Shown: positions 10,295 through 23,500 of the stretch, one piece after another | How the letters are laid out: each line of letters opens with the position of its first letter | How positions within the stretch are numbered: position 1 is the stretch's first letter | Assembly (NCBI GenBank): GCA_964016885.1 | Contig: OZ024742.1 | Coordinates: 11,284,001-11,348,000, forward strand | Length of the DNA: 64,000 nt | Reading direction: 5' to 3' | Origin: Eledone cirrhosa | Lineage: Eukaryota | Translations under genes and position numbers: made by a program | Notes under the pieces: generated by a model | Databases searched by the model: none | What the model was told of the DNA's origin: nothing | Seen by the model: the letters and a program-made list of their open reading frames with translations, nothing else

Positions 10295-10392
10295 GACCAC
10301 CACCGCCTCCACCACTTCCACTGCCACCACCAACACCAATACCACCATCACTACCACCAACACCACCATCATCATCATCTTCATCATCATTA
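10295..10392. repeat. (CAC/CAT)n microsatellite
   Basis: Direct inspection; it produces the poly-His ORF. Confidence 0.85.
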
Positions 10393-10504
10393 TGCAGCAG
10401 TTACAATATCTTTATTTGCCACATTAAATGTTTCACATTGCAAAATGTCGGACTATATTATTACAATGGAGAGACAGTCCAGTAAAAGTTTATATAGGAA
10501 TTAT

Positions 10505-10615
10505 TTTACGTTCTAAGTTCAAATCCCTCTCAGGCCCTATTTTCCTATCATCTTTTCTGAGGTCGATAACATAAAATAGTGATTAAGTGCTGGGATAGAT
10601 ATAATCGATGATATC
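10505..10615 (+). mobile_element. Highly degenerate family A SINE fragment
   Basis: ttctaagttcaaatcc...tcatcttttctgaggtcgataacataaaatag resembles the B box and body. Confidence 0.5.
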
Positions 10616-10749
10616 ATCCTCGTAAAATATAGCATCCCCATAAAATATACGATCCTCATAAAATATGGTATTCTATGGTATGGTCCCGTACTTCCCGAGG
10701 GAGTTGTAGTAGCATCGTATAGTTATATGGAGTTTTTTAACCTGGAATA

Positions 10750-11006
10750 GTCCATCTCTCCAGGTCTGAATACAGCAGATTTTGTACGGAGAAGGATAGA
10801 GAGAGTGAGAGAGAGAAAGTGGGAAAGGGATAGAGATATAGAGGAAGATCGATCGCAGTACTAGATTGGTACATATTTTATCGACCGTGAATGGATAAAA
10901 TACATGGTTGACCTCGGTGGGATTTGAACTCAGAGAGACGAGAGCCGGAACCAATACCGCAAAGCATTCTATCCGACGTTCTCCCACTCAGCCAATTTGC
11001 CGCCTC
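10750..11006 (-). mobile_element. Family A SINE with a full tRNA-like head
   Basis: ttggtac...tttatcgacc...ggttgacctcggtgggatttgaactcag...cagccaatttgccgcct is the reverse complement of the family A head and body. Confidence 0.75.
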
Positions 11007-11134
11007 ACATACAATATACTACCCCACATGTAATATACTATAACTATATGATATACCATCACTTGCTCAACGACCGTTACGATTAGCAGGACATTGCTAA
11101 AGAAGTAAACAAGATATTATACACTAACTACTGT

Positions 11135-11540
11135 TGTAGGAACCAACCCACAGGAGTTGCAGTAGAAGAAGACTTGCTTAAACCTTCAACAATCAACTGT
11201 GAAACGTCACAAACCTCAGTAGGGAGTGTTTGGCAGGAGCAGTGAAAAATGGTGAATTGTTGAGGGAGTTTCTCAAGAATGTGAGATTGTTGTCATGATG
11301 ATGATCTAACTATCTATCTACCTATCTATCTACCTACCTATCTATGTACCTATCTGTGGGAACCAACTCATAGGAGACCAAGAGATGCAGTAGAGGAAGA
11401 CTTGCACGAACCTTCATCGATCAACTCTGAAATGTTACAAACCTCAGTAGGTAGTGTTTGGCAGGAGCAGTGGAAAGTAGTGAATTGTTGAGGGAGTGTG
11501 TAAGGAATGTTACAGTGTGGTCACAGTGATGGTGATAAAC
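11135..11540 (+). repeat. Tandem pair of a ~170-bp element separated by (TATC)n; the second copy runs into the satellite
   Basis: 11135-11310 and 11355-~11540 align throughout (ggaaccaac...gcagtaga.gaagacttgc...acaaacctcagtagg.agtgtttggcaggagcagtg...gtgaattgttgagggagt). Confidence 0.9.
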
Positions 11541-14500
11541 AACAGTCTGTAGAAAGATGACTATAGCAGTGCGGTCACAGTGATGGTGATAAACAACAGT
11601 CTGTAGAAAGATGGTTATTGCAGTGTGGTCACAGTGATGGTGATAAACAACAGTCTGTAGAAAGATGACGATTGCAGTGTGGTCACAGTGATGGTGATAA
11701 ACAAGTCTGTAGAAAGATGACGATTGCAGTGTGGTCACAGTGATGGTGATAAACAACAGTCTGTAGAAAGATGGCGATTGCAGTGTGGTTACAGTGATGG
11801 TGATAAACAACTCTGTAGAAAGATGACGATTGCAGTGTGGTCACAGTGATGGTGATAAACAACAGTCTGTAGAAAGATGACGATTGCAGTGTGGTCACAG
11901 TGATGGTGATAAACAACAGTCTGTAGAAAGATGACGATTGCAGTGTGGTCACAGTGATGGTGATAAACAAGTCTGTAGAAAGATGATGATTGCAGTGTGG
12001 TCACAGTGATGGTGATAAACAAGTCTGTAGAAAGATGACGATTGCAGTTTGGTCATAGTGATGGTGATAAACAACAGTCTGTAGAAAGATGAAGATTGCA
12101 GTGTGGTCACAGTGATGGTGATACACAAGTCTGTAGAAAGATGACGATTGCAGTGTGGTCACAGTGATGGTGATAAACAACAGTCTGTAGAAAGATAACT
12201 ATTGCTGTGTGGTCACAGTGATGGTGATAAACAACAGTCTGTAGAAAGATAACTATTGCTGTGTGGTCACAGTGATGGTGATAAACAACAGTCTGTAGAA
12301 AGATAACTATTGCAGTGTGGTCACAGTGATGGTGATAAACAACAGTCTGTAGAAAGATAACTATTGCTGTGTGGTCACAGTGATGGTGATAAACAACAGT
12401 CTGTAGAAAGATAACTATTGCTGTGTGGTCACAGTGATGGTGATAAACAACAGTCTGTAGAAAGATAACTATTGCAGTGTGGTCACAGTGATGGTGATAA
12501 ACAACAGTCTGTAGAAAGATAACTATTGCAGTGTGGTCACAGTGATGGTGATAAACAACAGTCTGTAGAAAGATAACTATTGCTGTGTGGTCACAGTGAT
12601 GGTGATAAACAAGTCTGTAGAAAGATGACTATTGCAGAGTGGTCACAGTGATGGTGATAAACAAAGTCTGTAGAAAGGTGACGATTGCAGTGTGGTCACA
12701 GTGATGGGGATAAACAACAGTCTGTAGAAAGATGACTATTGCAGTGTGGTCACAGTGATGGTGATAAACAACAGTCTGTAGAAAGCTGACTATTGCAGTG
12801 TCGTCACAGTGATGGTGATAAACAACAGTCTGTAGAAAGATGACTATTGCAGTGTGGTCACAGTGATGGTGATAAACAACAGTCTGTAGAAAGATGATGA
12901 TTGCAGTGTGGTCACAGTGATGGTGATAAACAAGTCTGTAGAAAGATGACGATTGCAGTGTGGTCACAGTGATGGTGATTATCAAGTCTGTAGAAAGATG
13001 ACGATTGCAGTGTGGTCACAGTGATGGTGATAAACAAGTATGTAGAAAGATGACGATTGCAGTGTGGTCACAGTGATGGTGATAAACAAGTCTGTAGAAA
13101 GATGACGATTACAGTGTGGTCACATTGATGGTGATAAACAACAGTCTGTAGAAAGATGGCGATTGCAGTGTGGTCACATTGATGGTGATAAACAACAGTC
13201 TGTAGAAAGATGACGATTGCAGTGTGGTCACAGTGATGGTGATAAACTAGTCTGTAGAAAGATGACGATTGCACTGTGGTCACAGTGATGGTGATAAACA
13301 ACAGTCTGTAGAAAGATGACGATTGCTGTGTGGTCACAGTGATGGTGATAAACAACAGTCTGTAGAAAGATGACTATTGCAGTGTGGTCACAGTGATGGT
13401 GATAAAGAACAGTCTGTAGAAAGATGACTATTGCAGTGTGGTCACAGTGATGGTGATAAAAAACAGTCTGTAGAAAGATGACAATTGCAGTGTGGTCACA
13501 GTGATGGTGATAAACAACAGTCTGTATAAAGCTGACTATTGCAGTGTCGTCACAGTGATGGTGATAAACAACAGTCTGTAGAAAGATGACTATTGCAGTG
13601 TGGTCACAGTGATGGTGATAAACAACAGTCTGTAGAAAGATGACGATTGCAGTGTGGTCACAGAGATGGTGATAAACTAGTCTGTAGAAAGATGGCGATT
13701 GCAGTGTGGTCACATTGATGGTGATAAAGAACAGTCTGTAGAAAGATGACGACTGCAGTGTGGTCACATTGATGGTGATAAACAACAGTCTGTAGAAAGA
13801 TGGCGATTGCAGTGTGGTCACAGTGATGGTGATAAACTAGTCTGTAGAAAGATGACGATTGCAGTGTGGTCACAGTGATGGTGATAAACAACAGAATGTA
13901 GAAAGATAACTATTGCTGTGTGGTCACAGTGATGGTGATAAACAAGTCTGTAGAAAGATGACGATTGCAGTGTGGTCACAGTGATGGTGATAAACAACAG
14001 TCTGTAGAAAGATGACTATTGCAGTGTGGTCACAGTGATGGTGATAAACAACAGTCTGTAGAAAGATGACGATTGCTGTGTGGTCACAGTGATGGTGATA
14101 AACAACAGTCTGTAGAATGATGACGATTGCAGTGTGGTCACAGTGATGGTGATAAACAACAGTCTGTAGAAAGATGACGATTGCTGTGTGGTCACAGTGA
14201 TGGTGATAAACAACAGTCTGTAGAATGATGACGATTGCAGTGTGGTCACAGTGATGGTGATAAACAACAGTCTGTAGAAAGATGACGATTGCTGTGTGGT
14301 CACAGTGATGGTGATAAACAACAGTCTGTAGAAAGATGGCGATTGCAGTGTGGTCACAGTGATGGTGATAAACAACAGAATGTAGAAAGATAACTATTGC
14401 TGTGTGGTCACAGTGATGGTGATAAACAAGTCTGTAGAAAGATGACGATTGCAGTGTGGTCACAGTGATGGTGATAAACAACAGTCTGTAGAAAGATGAC

Positions 14501-17500
14501 GATTGCTGTGTGGTCACAGGGATGGTGATAAACAACAGTCTGTAGAAAGATGACGATTGCTGTGTGGTCACAGTGATGGTGATAAACAACAGTCTGTAGA
14601 AAGATGACTATTGCAGTTTGGTCACAAAGATGGTGATAAACAACAGTCTGATGAAAGATGGCGATTGCAGTGTGGTCACAATGATGGTGATAAAAAACAG
14701 TCTGTAGAAATATGGAGATTGCAGTGTGGTCACAGTGATGGTGATAAACAAGTCTGTACAAAGATGGCGATTGCAGTGTGGTCACAGTGATGGTGATAAA
14801 CAAGTATGTAGAAAGATGACCTTTGCAGTGTGGTCACAGTGATAGTGATAAACAAGTCTGTAGAAAGATGACTTTTGCAGTGTGGTCACAGTGATGGTGA
14901 TAAACAAGTCTGTAGAAAGATGACGATTGCAGTGTGGTCACAGTGATGATGATAAACAAGTCTGTAGAAAGATGACGATTGCAGTGTGGTCACAGTGATG
15001 GTGATAAACAACAGTCTGTAGAAGGATGACGATTGCAGTGTGGTCACATTGATGGTGATAAACAACAGTCTGTAGAAAGATAACTATTGCTGTGTGGTCA
15101 CAGTGATGGTGATAAACAAGTCTGTAGAAAGATGACTATTGCAGAGTGGTCACAGTGATGGTGATAAACAAGTCTGTAGAAAGGTGACGATTGCAGTGTG
15201 GTCACAGTGATGGGGATAAACAACAGTCTGTAGAAAGATGACGATTGCAGTGTGGTCACAGTGATGGTGATAAACAACAGTCTGTAGAAAGCTGACTATT
15301 GCAGTGTCGTCACAGTGATGGTGATAAACAACAGTCTGTAGAAAGATGACTATTGCAGTGTGGTCACAGTGATGGTGATAAACAACAGTCTGTAGAAAGA
15401 TGACGATTGCAGTGTGGTCACAGTGATGGTGATAAACAAGTCTGTAGAAAGATGATGATTGCAGTGTGGTCACAGTGATGGTGATAAACAACAGTCTGTA
15501 GAAATATGACGATTGCTGTGTGGTCACAGTGATGGTGATAAACAACAGTCTGTAGAATGATGACGTTTGCAGTGTGGTCACAGTGATGGTGATAAACAAC
15601 AGTCTAACGAAAGATGACTATTGCAGTGTGGTCACAGTGATGGTGATAAACAAGTCTGTAGAAAGATGACTATTGCAGTGTGGTCACAGTGATGGTGATA
15701 AACAACAGTCTGTAGAAAGATGACGATTGCAGTGTGGTCACAGTGATGGTGATAAACAACAGTCTGTAAAAAGATGACTATTGCAGTGTGGTCACAGTGA
15801 TGGTGATAAACAACAGTCTGATGAAAGATGGCGATTGCAGTTTGGTCACAATGATGGTGATAAACAACAGTCTGATGAAAGATGGCGATTGCAGTGTGGT
15901 CACAATGATGGTGATAAAAAACAGTCTGTAGAAAGATGGCGATTGCAGTGTGGTCACAGTGATGGTGATAAACAAGTCTGTAGAAAGATGACGATTGCAG
16001 TGTGGTCACAGTGATGGTGATAAATAAAGTCTGTAGAAAGATGGCGATTGCAGTGTGGTCACAGTGATCGTGATAAACAACAGTCTGTAGAAAGATGACG
16101 ATTGCAGTGTGGTCACAGTGATGGTGATAAACAAGTATGTAGAAAGATGACGATTGCAGTGTGGTCACAGTGATGGTGATAAACAAGTCTGTAGAAAGAT
16201 GACGATTACAGTGTGGTCACATTGATGGTGATAAACAACAGTCTGTAGAAAGATGGCGATTGCAGTGTGGTCACATTGATGGTGATAAACAACAGTCTGT
16301 AGAAAGATGACGATTGCAGTGTGGTCACAGTGATGGTGATAAACTAGTCTGTAGAAAGATGACGATTGCACTGTGGTCACAGTGATGGTGATAAACAACA
16401 GTCTGTAGAAAGATGACGATTGCTGTGTGGTCACAGTGATGGTGATAAACAACAGTCTGTAGAAAGATGACTATTGCAGTGTGGTCACAGTGATGGTGAT
16501 AAAGAACAGTCTGTAGAAAGATGACTATTGCAGTGTGGTCACAGTGATGGTGATAAAAAACAGTCTGTAGAAAGATGACAATTGCAGTGTGGTCACAGTG
16601 ATGGTGATAAACAACAGTCTGTATAAAGCTGACTATTGCAGTGTCGTCACAGTGATGGTGATAAACAACAGTCTGTAGAAAGATGACTATTGCAGTGTGG
16701 TCACAGTGATGGTGATAAACAACAGTCTGTAGAAAGATGACGATTGCAGTGTGGTCACAGAGATGGTGATAAACTAGTCTGTAGAAAGATGGCGATTGCA
16801 GTGTGGTCACATTGATGGTGATAAACAACAGTCTGTAGAAAGATGACGACTGCAGTGTGGTCACATTGATGGTGATAAACAACAGTCTGTAGAAAGATGG
16901 CGATTGCAGTGTGGTCACAGTGATGGTGATAAACTAGTCTGTAGAAAGATGACGATTGCAGTGTGGTCACAGTGATGGTGATAAACAACAGAATGTAGAA
17001 AGATAACTATTGCTGTGTGGTCACAGTGATGGTGATAAACAAGTCTGTAGAAAGATGACGATTGCAGTGTGGTCACAGTGATGGTGATAAACAACAGTCT
17101 GTAGAAAGATGACTATTGCAGTGTGGTCACAGTGATGGTGATAAACAACAGTCTGTAGAAAGATGACGATTGCTGTGTGGTCACAGTGATGGTGATAAAC
17201 AACAGTCTGTAGAATGATGACGATTGCAGTGTGGTCACAGTGATGGTGATAAACAACAGTCTGTAGAAAGATGACGATTGCTGTGTGGTCACAGTGATGG
17301 TGATAAACAACAGTCTGTAGAATGATGACGATTGCAGTGTGGTCACAGTGATGGTGATAAACAACAGTCTGTAGAAAGATGACGATTGCTGTGTGGTCAC
17401 AGTGATGGTGATAAACAACAGTCTGTAGAAAGATGGCGATTGCAGTGTGGTCACAGTGATGGTGATAAACAACAGAATGTAGAAAGATAACTATTGCTGT

Positions 17501-20500
17501 GTGGTCACAGTGATGGTGATAAACAAGTCTGTAGAAAGATGACGATTGCAGTGTGGTCACAGTGATGGTGATAAACAACAGTCTGTAGAAAGATGACGAT
17601 TGCTGTGTGGTCACAGGGATGGTGATAAACAACAGTCTGTAGAAAGATGACGATTGCTGTGTGGTCACAGTGATGGTGATAAACAACAGTCTGTAGAAAG
17701 ATGACTATTGCAGTTTGGTCACAAAGATGGTGATAAACAACAGTCTGATGAAAGATGGCGATTGCAGTGTGGTCACAATGATGGTGATAAAAAACAGTCT
17801 GTAGAAATATGGAGATTGCAGTGTGGTCACAGTGATGGTGATAAACAAGTCTGTACAAAGATGGCGATTGCAGTGTGGTCACAGTGATGGTGATAAACAA
17901 GTATGTAGAAAGATGACCTTTGCAGTGTGGTCACAGTGATAGTGATAAACAAGTCTGTAGAAAGATGACTTTTGCAGTGTGGTCACAGTGATGGTGATAA
18001 ACAAGTCTGTAGAAAGATGACGATTGCAGTGTGGTCACAGTGATGATGATAAACAAGTCTGTAGAAAGATGACGATTGCAGTGTGGTCACAGTGATGGTG
18101 ATAAACAACAGTCTGTAGAAGGATGACGATTGCAGTGTGGTCACATTGATGGTGATAAACAACAGTCTGTAGAAAGATAACTATTGCTGTGTGGTCACAG
18201 TGATGGTGATAAACAAGTCTGTAGAAAGATGACTATTGCAGAGTGGTCACAGTGATGGTGATAAACAAGTCTGTAGAAAGGTGACGATTGCAGTGTGGTC
18301 ACAGTGATGGGGATAAACAACAGTCTGTAGAAAGATGACGATTGCAGTGTGGTCACAGTGATGGTGATAAACAACAGTCTGTAGAAAGCTGACTATTGCA
18401 GTGTCGTCACAGTGATGGTGATAAACAACAGTCTGTAGAAAGATGACTATTGCAGTGTGGTCACAGTGATGGTGATAAACAACAGTCTGTAGAAAGATGA
18501 CGATTGCAGTGTGGTCACAGTGATGGTGATAAACAAGTCTGTAGAAAGATGATGATTGCAGTGTGGTCACAGTGATGGTGATAAACAACAGTCTGTAGAA
18601 ATATGACGATTGCTGTGTGGTCACAGTGATGGTGATAAACAACAGTCTGTAGAATGATGACGTTTGCAGTGTGGTCACAGTGATGGTGATAAACAACAGT
18701 CTAACGAAAGATGACTATTGCAGTGTGGTCACAGTGATGGTGATAAACAAGTCTGTAGAAAGATGACTATTGCAGTGTGGTCACAGTGATGGTGATAAAC
18801 AACAGTCTGTAGAAAGATGACGATTGCAGTGTGGTCACAGTGATGGTGATAAACAACAGTCTGTAAAAAGATGACTATTGCAGTGTGGTCACAGTGATGG
18901 TGATAAACAACAGTCTGATGAAAGATGGCGATTGCAGTTTGGTCACAATGATGGTGATAAACAACAGTCTGATGAAAGATGGCGATTGCAGTGTGGTCAC
19001 AATGATGGTGATAAAAAACAGTCTGTAGAAAGATGGCGATTGCAGTGTGGTCACAGTGATGGTGATAAACAAGTCTGTAGAAAGATGACGATTGCAGTGT
19101 GGTCACAGTGATGGTGATAAATAAAGTCTGTAGAAAGATGGCGATTGCAGTGTGGTCACAGTGATCGTGATAAACAACAGTCTGTAGAAAGATGATGATT
19201 GCAGTGTGGTCATAGTGATGGTGACAAACAACAGTCTGTAGAAAGAGTGCGATTGCAGTGTGGTCACAGTGATGCTGATAAACAACAGTCTGTAGAAAGA
19301 TGATGATTGCAGTGTGTTCATAGTGATGGTGATAAACAACAGTCTGTAGAAAGATGGCGATTGCAGTGTAGTCACAATGATGGTGATAAACAACAGAATG
19401 TATAAAGATGACTATTGCAGTGTGGCCACAGTTATGGTGATAAACAAGTCTGTAGAAAGATGGCGATTGCAGTGTGGTCACAGTGATGGTCATAAACAAG
19501 TCTGTAGAAAGATGACTATTGCAGTGTGGTCACAGTGATGGTGATAAACAAGTCTGTAGAAAGATGACAATTGCAGTGTGGTCACATTGATGGTGATAAA
19601 CAACAGTCTGTAGAAAGATAACTATTGCTGTGTGGTCACAGTGATGGTGATAAACAAGTCTGTAGAAAGATGACTATTGCAGAGTGGTCACAGTGATGGT
19701 GATAAACAAGTCTGTAGAAAGGTGACGATTGCAGTGTGGTCACAGTGATGGGGATAAACAACAGTCTGTAGAAAGATGACGATTGCAGTGTGGTCACAGT
19801 GATGGTGATAAACAACAGTCTGTAGAAAGATGACGATTGCAGTGTGGTCACAGTGATGGTGATAAACAACAGTCTGTAGAAAGCTGACTATTGCAGTGTC
19901 GTCACAGTGATGGTGATAAAAAACAGTCTGTAGAAAGATGACTATTGCAGTGTGGTCACAGTGATGGTGATAAACAACAGTCTGTAGAAAGATGACGATT
20001 GCAGTGTGGTGACAGTGATGGTGATAAACATGTCTGTAGAAAGATGACGATTGCAGTTTGGTCATAGTGATGGTGATAAACAACAGTCTGTATAAAGATG
20101 AAGATTGCAGTGTGGTCACAGAGATGGTGATAAACAAGTCTGTAGAAAGATGACGATTGCAGTGTGGTCACATTGATGGTGATAAACAACAGTCTGTAGA
20201 AAGATGGCGATTGCAGTGTGGTCACAGTGATGGTGATAAACAACAGAATGTAGAAAGATAACTATTGCTGTGTGGTCACAGTGATGGTGATAAACAAGTC
20301 TGTAGAAAGATGACTATTGCAGTGTGGTTATAGTGATGGTGATAAACAAGTCTGTAGAAAGATGGCGATTGCAGTGTCGTCACAGTGATGGTGATAAACA
20401 AGTCTATAGAAAGGTGACGATTGCAGTGTGGTCACAGTGATGGGGATAAACAACAGTCTGTAGAAAGATGACTATTGCAGTGTGGTCACAGTGATGGTGA

Positions 20501-23500
20501 TAAACAACAGTCTGTAGAAAGATGACGATTCCAGTGTTGTCACAGTGATGGTGATAAACAACAGTCTGTAGAAAGACGACTATTGCAGTGTGGTCACAGT
20601 GATGGTGATAACAACAGTCTGTAGAAAGATGGCGATTGCAGTGTGGTCACAGTGATGGTGATAAACAACAGTCTGTAGAAAGCTGACTATTGCAGTGTCG
20701 TCACAGTGATGGTGATAAACAAAAGTCTGTAGAAAGATGACTATTGCAGTGTGGTCACAGTGATGGTGATAAACAACAGTCTGTAGAAAGATGATGATTG
20801 CAGTGTGGTCACAGTGATGCTGATAAACAAGTCTGTAGAAAGATGACGATTGCAGTGTGGTCACATTGATGGTGATAAACAACAGTCTGTAGAAAGATGG
20901 CGATTGCAGTGTGGTCACAGTGATGGTGATAAACAACAGAATGTAGAAAGATAACTATTGCTGTGTGGTCACAGTGATGGTGATAAACAAGTCTGTAGAA
21001 AGATGACTATTGCAGTGTGGTTATAGTGATGGTGATAAACAAGTCTGTAGAAAGATGGCGATTGCAGTGTCGTCACAGTGATGGTGATAAACAAGTCTAT
21101 AGAAAGATGGAGATTGCAGTGTGGTCACAGTGATGGTGATAAACAACAGTCTGTAGAAAGATGGCGATTGCAGTGTGGTCACAGAGATGGTGATAAACAA
21201 CATTCTGTAGATAGATAACGATTGCAGTGTGGTCACAGTGATGGTGATAAACAAGTCTGTAGAAAGATGGCGATCGCAGTGTGGTCTCAGTGATGGTGAT
21301 AAAGAAGTCTGTAGGAAGATGGTGATTGCAGTGTGATCTCAGTGATGGTGATAACAACAGTCGATAGAAGATCGCGATTGCAGTGTGGTCACAGTGATGG
21401 TGATAAACAACAGTCTGTAGAAAGATGACGATTGCAGTGTGGTCACAGTGATGGTGATAAACAACAGTCTGTAGAAAGATGGCGATTGCAGAGTGGTCAC
21501 AGTGATGGTCATAAACAACAGTCTGTAGAAAGATGGCGATTGCAGTGTGGTCACAGTGATGGTGATAAACAACTCTGTAGAAAGATGACGATTGCAGTGT
21601 GGTCACAATGATGGTGATAAACAACAGTCTGTAGAAAGCTGACTATTGCAGTGTGGTCACAGTGATGGTGATAAAAAACAGTCTGTAGAAAGATGACTAT
21701 TGCAGTGTGGTCACAGTGATGGTGATAAACAACAGTCTGTAGAAAGGTGACGATTGCAGTGTGGTCACAGTGATGGTGATAAACAAGTCTGTAGAAAGAT
21801 GACTATTGCAGTGTGGTCACAGTGATGGTGATAAACAAGTCTGTAGAAAGATGACGAATGCAGTGTGGTCACATTGATGGTGATAAACAACAGTCTGTAG
21901 AAAGATAACTATTGCGGTGTGGTCACAGTGATGGTGATAAACAAGTCTGTAGAAAGATGACTATTGCAGAGTGGTCACAGTGATGGTGATAAACAAGTCT
22001 GTAGAGAGGTGACGATTGCAGTGTGGTCACAGTGATGGGGATAAACAACAGTCTGTAGAAAGATGACTATTGCAGTGTGGTCACAGTGATGGTGATAAAC
22101 AACAGTCTGTAGAAAGATGACGATTGCAGTGTCGTCACAGTGATGGTGATAAACAACAGTCTGTAGAAAGATGACTATTGCAGTGTGGTCACAGTGATGG
22201 TGATAAACAACAGTCTGTAGAAAGATGATGATTGCAGTGTGGTCACAGTGATGGTGATAAACAAGTCTGTAGAAAGATGAAGATTGCAGTGTGGTCACAG
22301 TGATGGTGATAAACAACAGTCTGTAGAAAGATGACGATTGCAGTGTGGTCACAGTGATGGTGATAAACAATATAATGTAGAAAGATGACGATTGCAGTGT
22401 GGTCACAGTGATGGTGATAAACAAGTCTGTAGAAAGATGACGATTGCAGTGTGGTCACAGTGATGGTGATAAACAATAGAATGTAGAAAGATGACGATTG
22501 CAGTGTGGTCACAGTGATGGTGATAAACAACAGTCTGTAGAAAGATGACGATTGCAGTGTGGTCACAGTGATGGTGATAAACAATATAATGTAGAAAGAT
22601 GACGATTGCAGTGTGGTCACAGTGATGGTGATAAACAAGTCTGTAGAAAGATGACGATTGCAGTGTGGTCACAGTGATGGTGATAAACAAGTATGTAGAA
22701 AGATGACGATTGCAGTGTGGTCACAGTGATGAAGATAAACAACAGTCTGTAGAAAGATGACTATTGCAGTGTGGTCACAGTGATGGTGATAAACAACAGT
22801 CTGTAGAAAGATGACGATTGCAGTGTCGTCACAGTGATGGTGATAAACAATAGAATGTAGAAAGATGACGATTGCAGTGTGGTCACAGTGATGGTGATAA
22901 ACAAGTCTGTAGAAAGATGACGATTGCAGTGTGGTCACAGTGATGGTGATAAACAACAGTCTGATGAAAGATGGCGATTGAAGTGTGGTCACAATGATGG
23001 TGATAAAAAACAGTCTGTAGAAATATGGCGATTGCAGTGTGGTCACAGTGATGGTGATAAACAAGTCTGTACAAAGATGGCGATTGCAGTGTGGTCACAG
23101 TGATGGTGATAAACAAGTATGTAGAAAGATGACCTTTGCAGTGTGGTCACAGTGATGGTGATAAACAACAGTCTGTAGAAGGATGACGATTGCAGTGTGG
23201 TCACAGTGATGGTGATAAACAACAGTCTGTAGAGAGATGGCGATTGCAGTGTGGTCACAGTGGTGGTGATAAACAAGTCTGTAGAAAGATGGCGATTGCA
23301 GTGTGGTCACAGTGATAGTGATAAACAACATCTGTAGAAAAATGCCGATTGCAATGTGGTCACAGTGATGGGGATAAACAAGTCTGTAGAAAGATGGCGA
23401 TTGCAGTGTCGTCACAGTGATGGTGATAAACAAGTCTATAGAAAGATGGCGATTGCAGTGTTTTCACAGTGATGGTGATAAACAACATTCTGTAGATAGA

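Noticed and set aside
9549-10516. Poly-Val, poly-Thr and poly-His ORFs
   Set aside because: These are translations of trinucleotide microsatellites.
11543-11552. Minus-strand CTACAGACTG, identical to part of a widely used 12-RSS spacer
   Set aside because: It lies on the opposite strand from the CACAGTG heptamer, spacers are not conserved signals, and a chance match is the simplest explanation.
14648-14715. CTGATGA hammerhead core in some satellite variants, by analogy to newt or schistosome ribozyme satellites
   Set aside because: It arises from a TA>AT change in CTGTAGA. No stem II closes onto the next GAAA, and no stem III or cleavage triplet can be formed.
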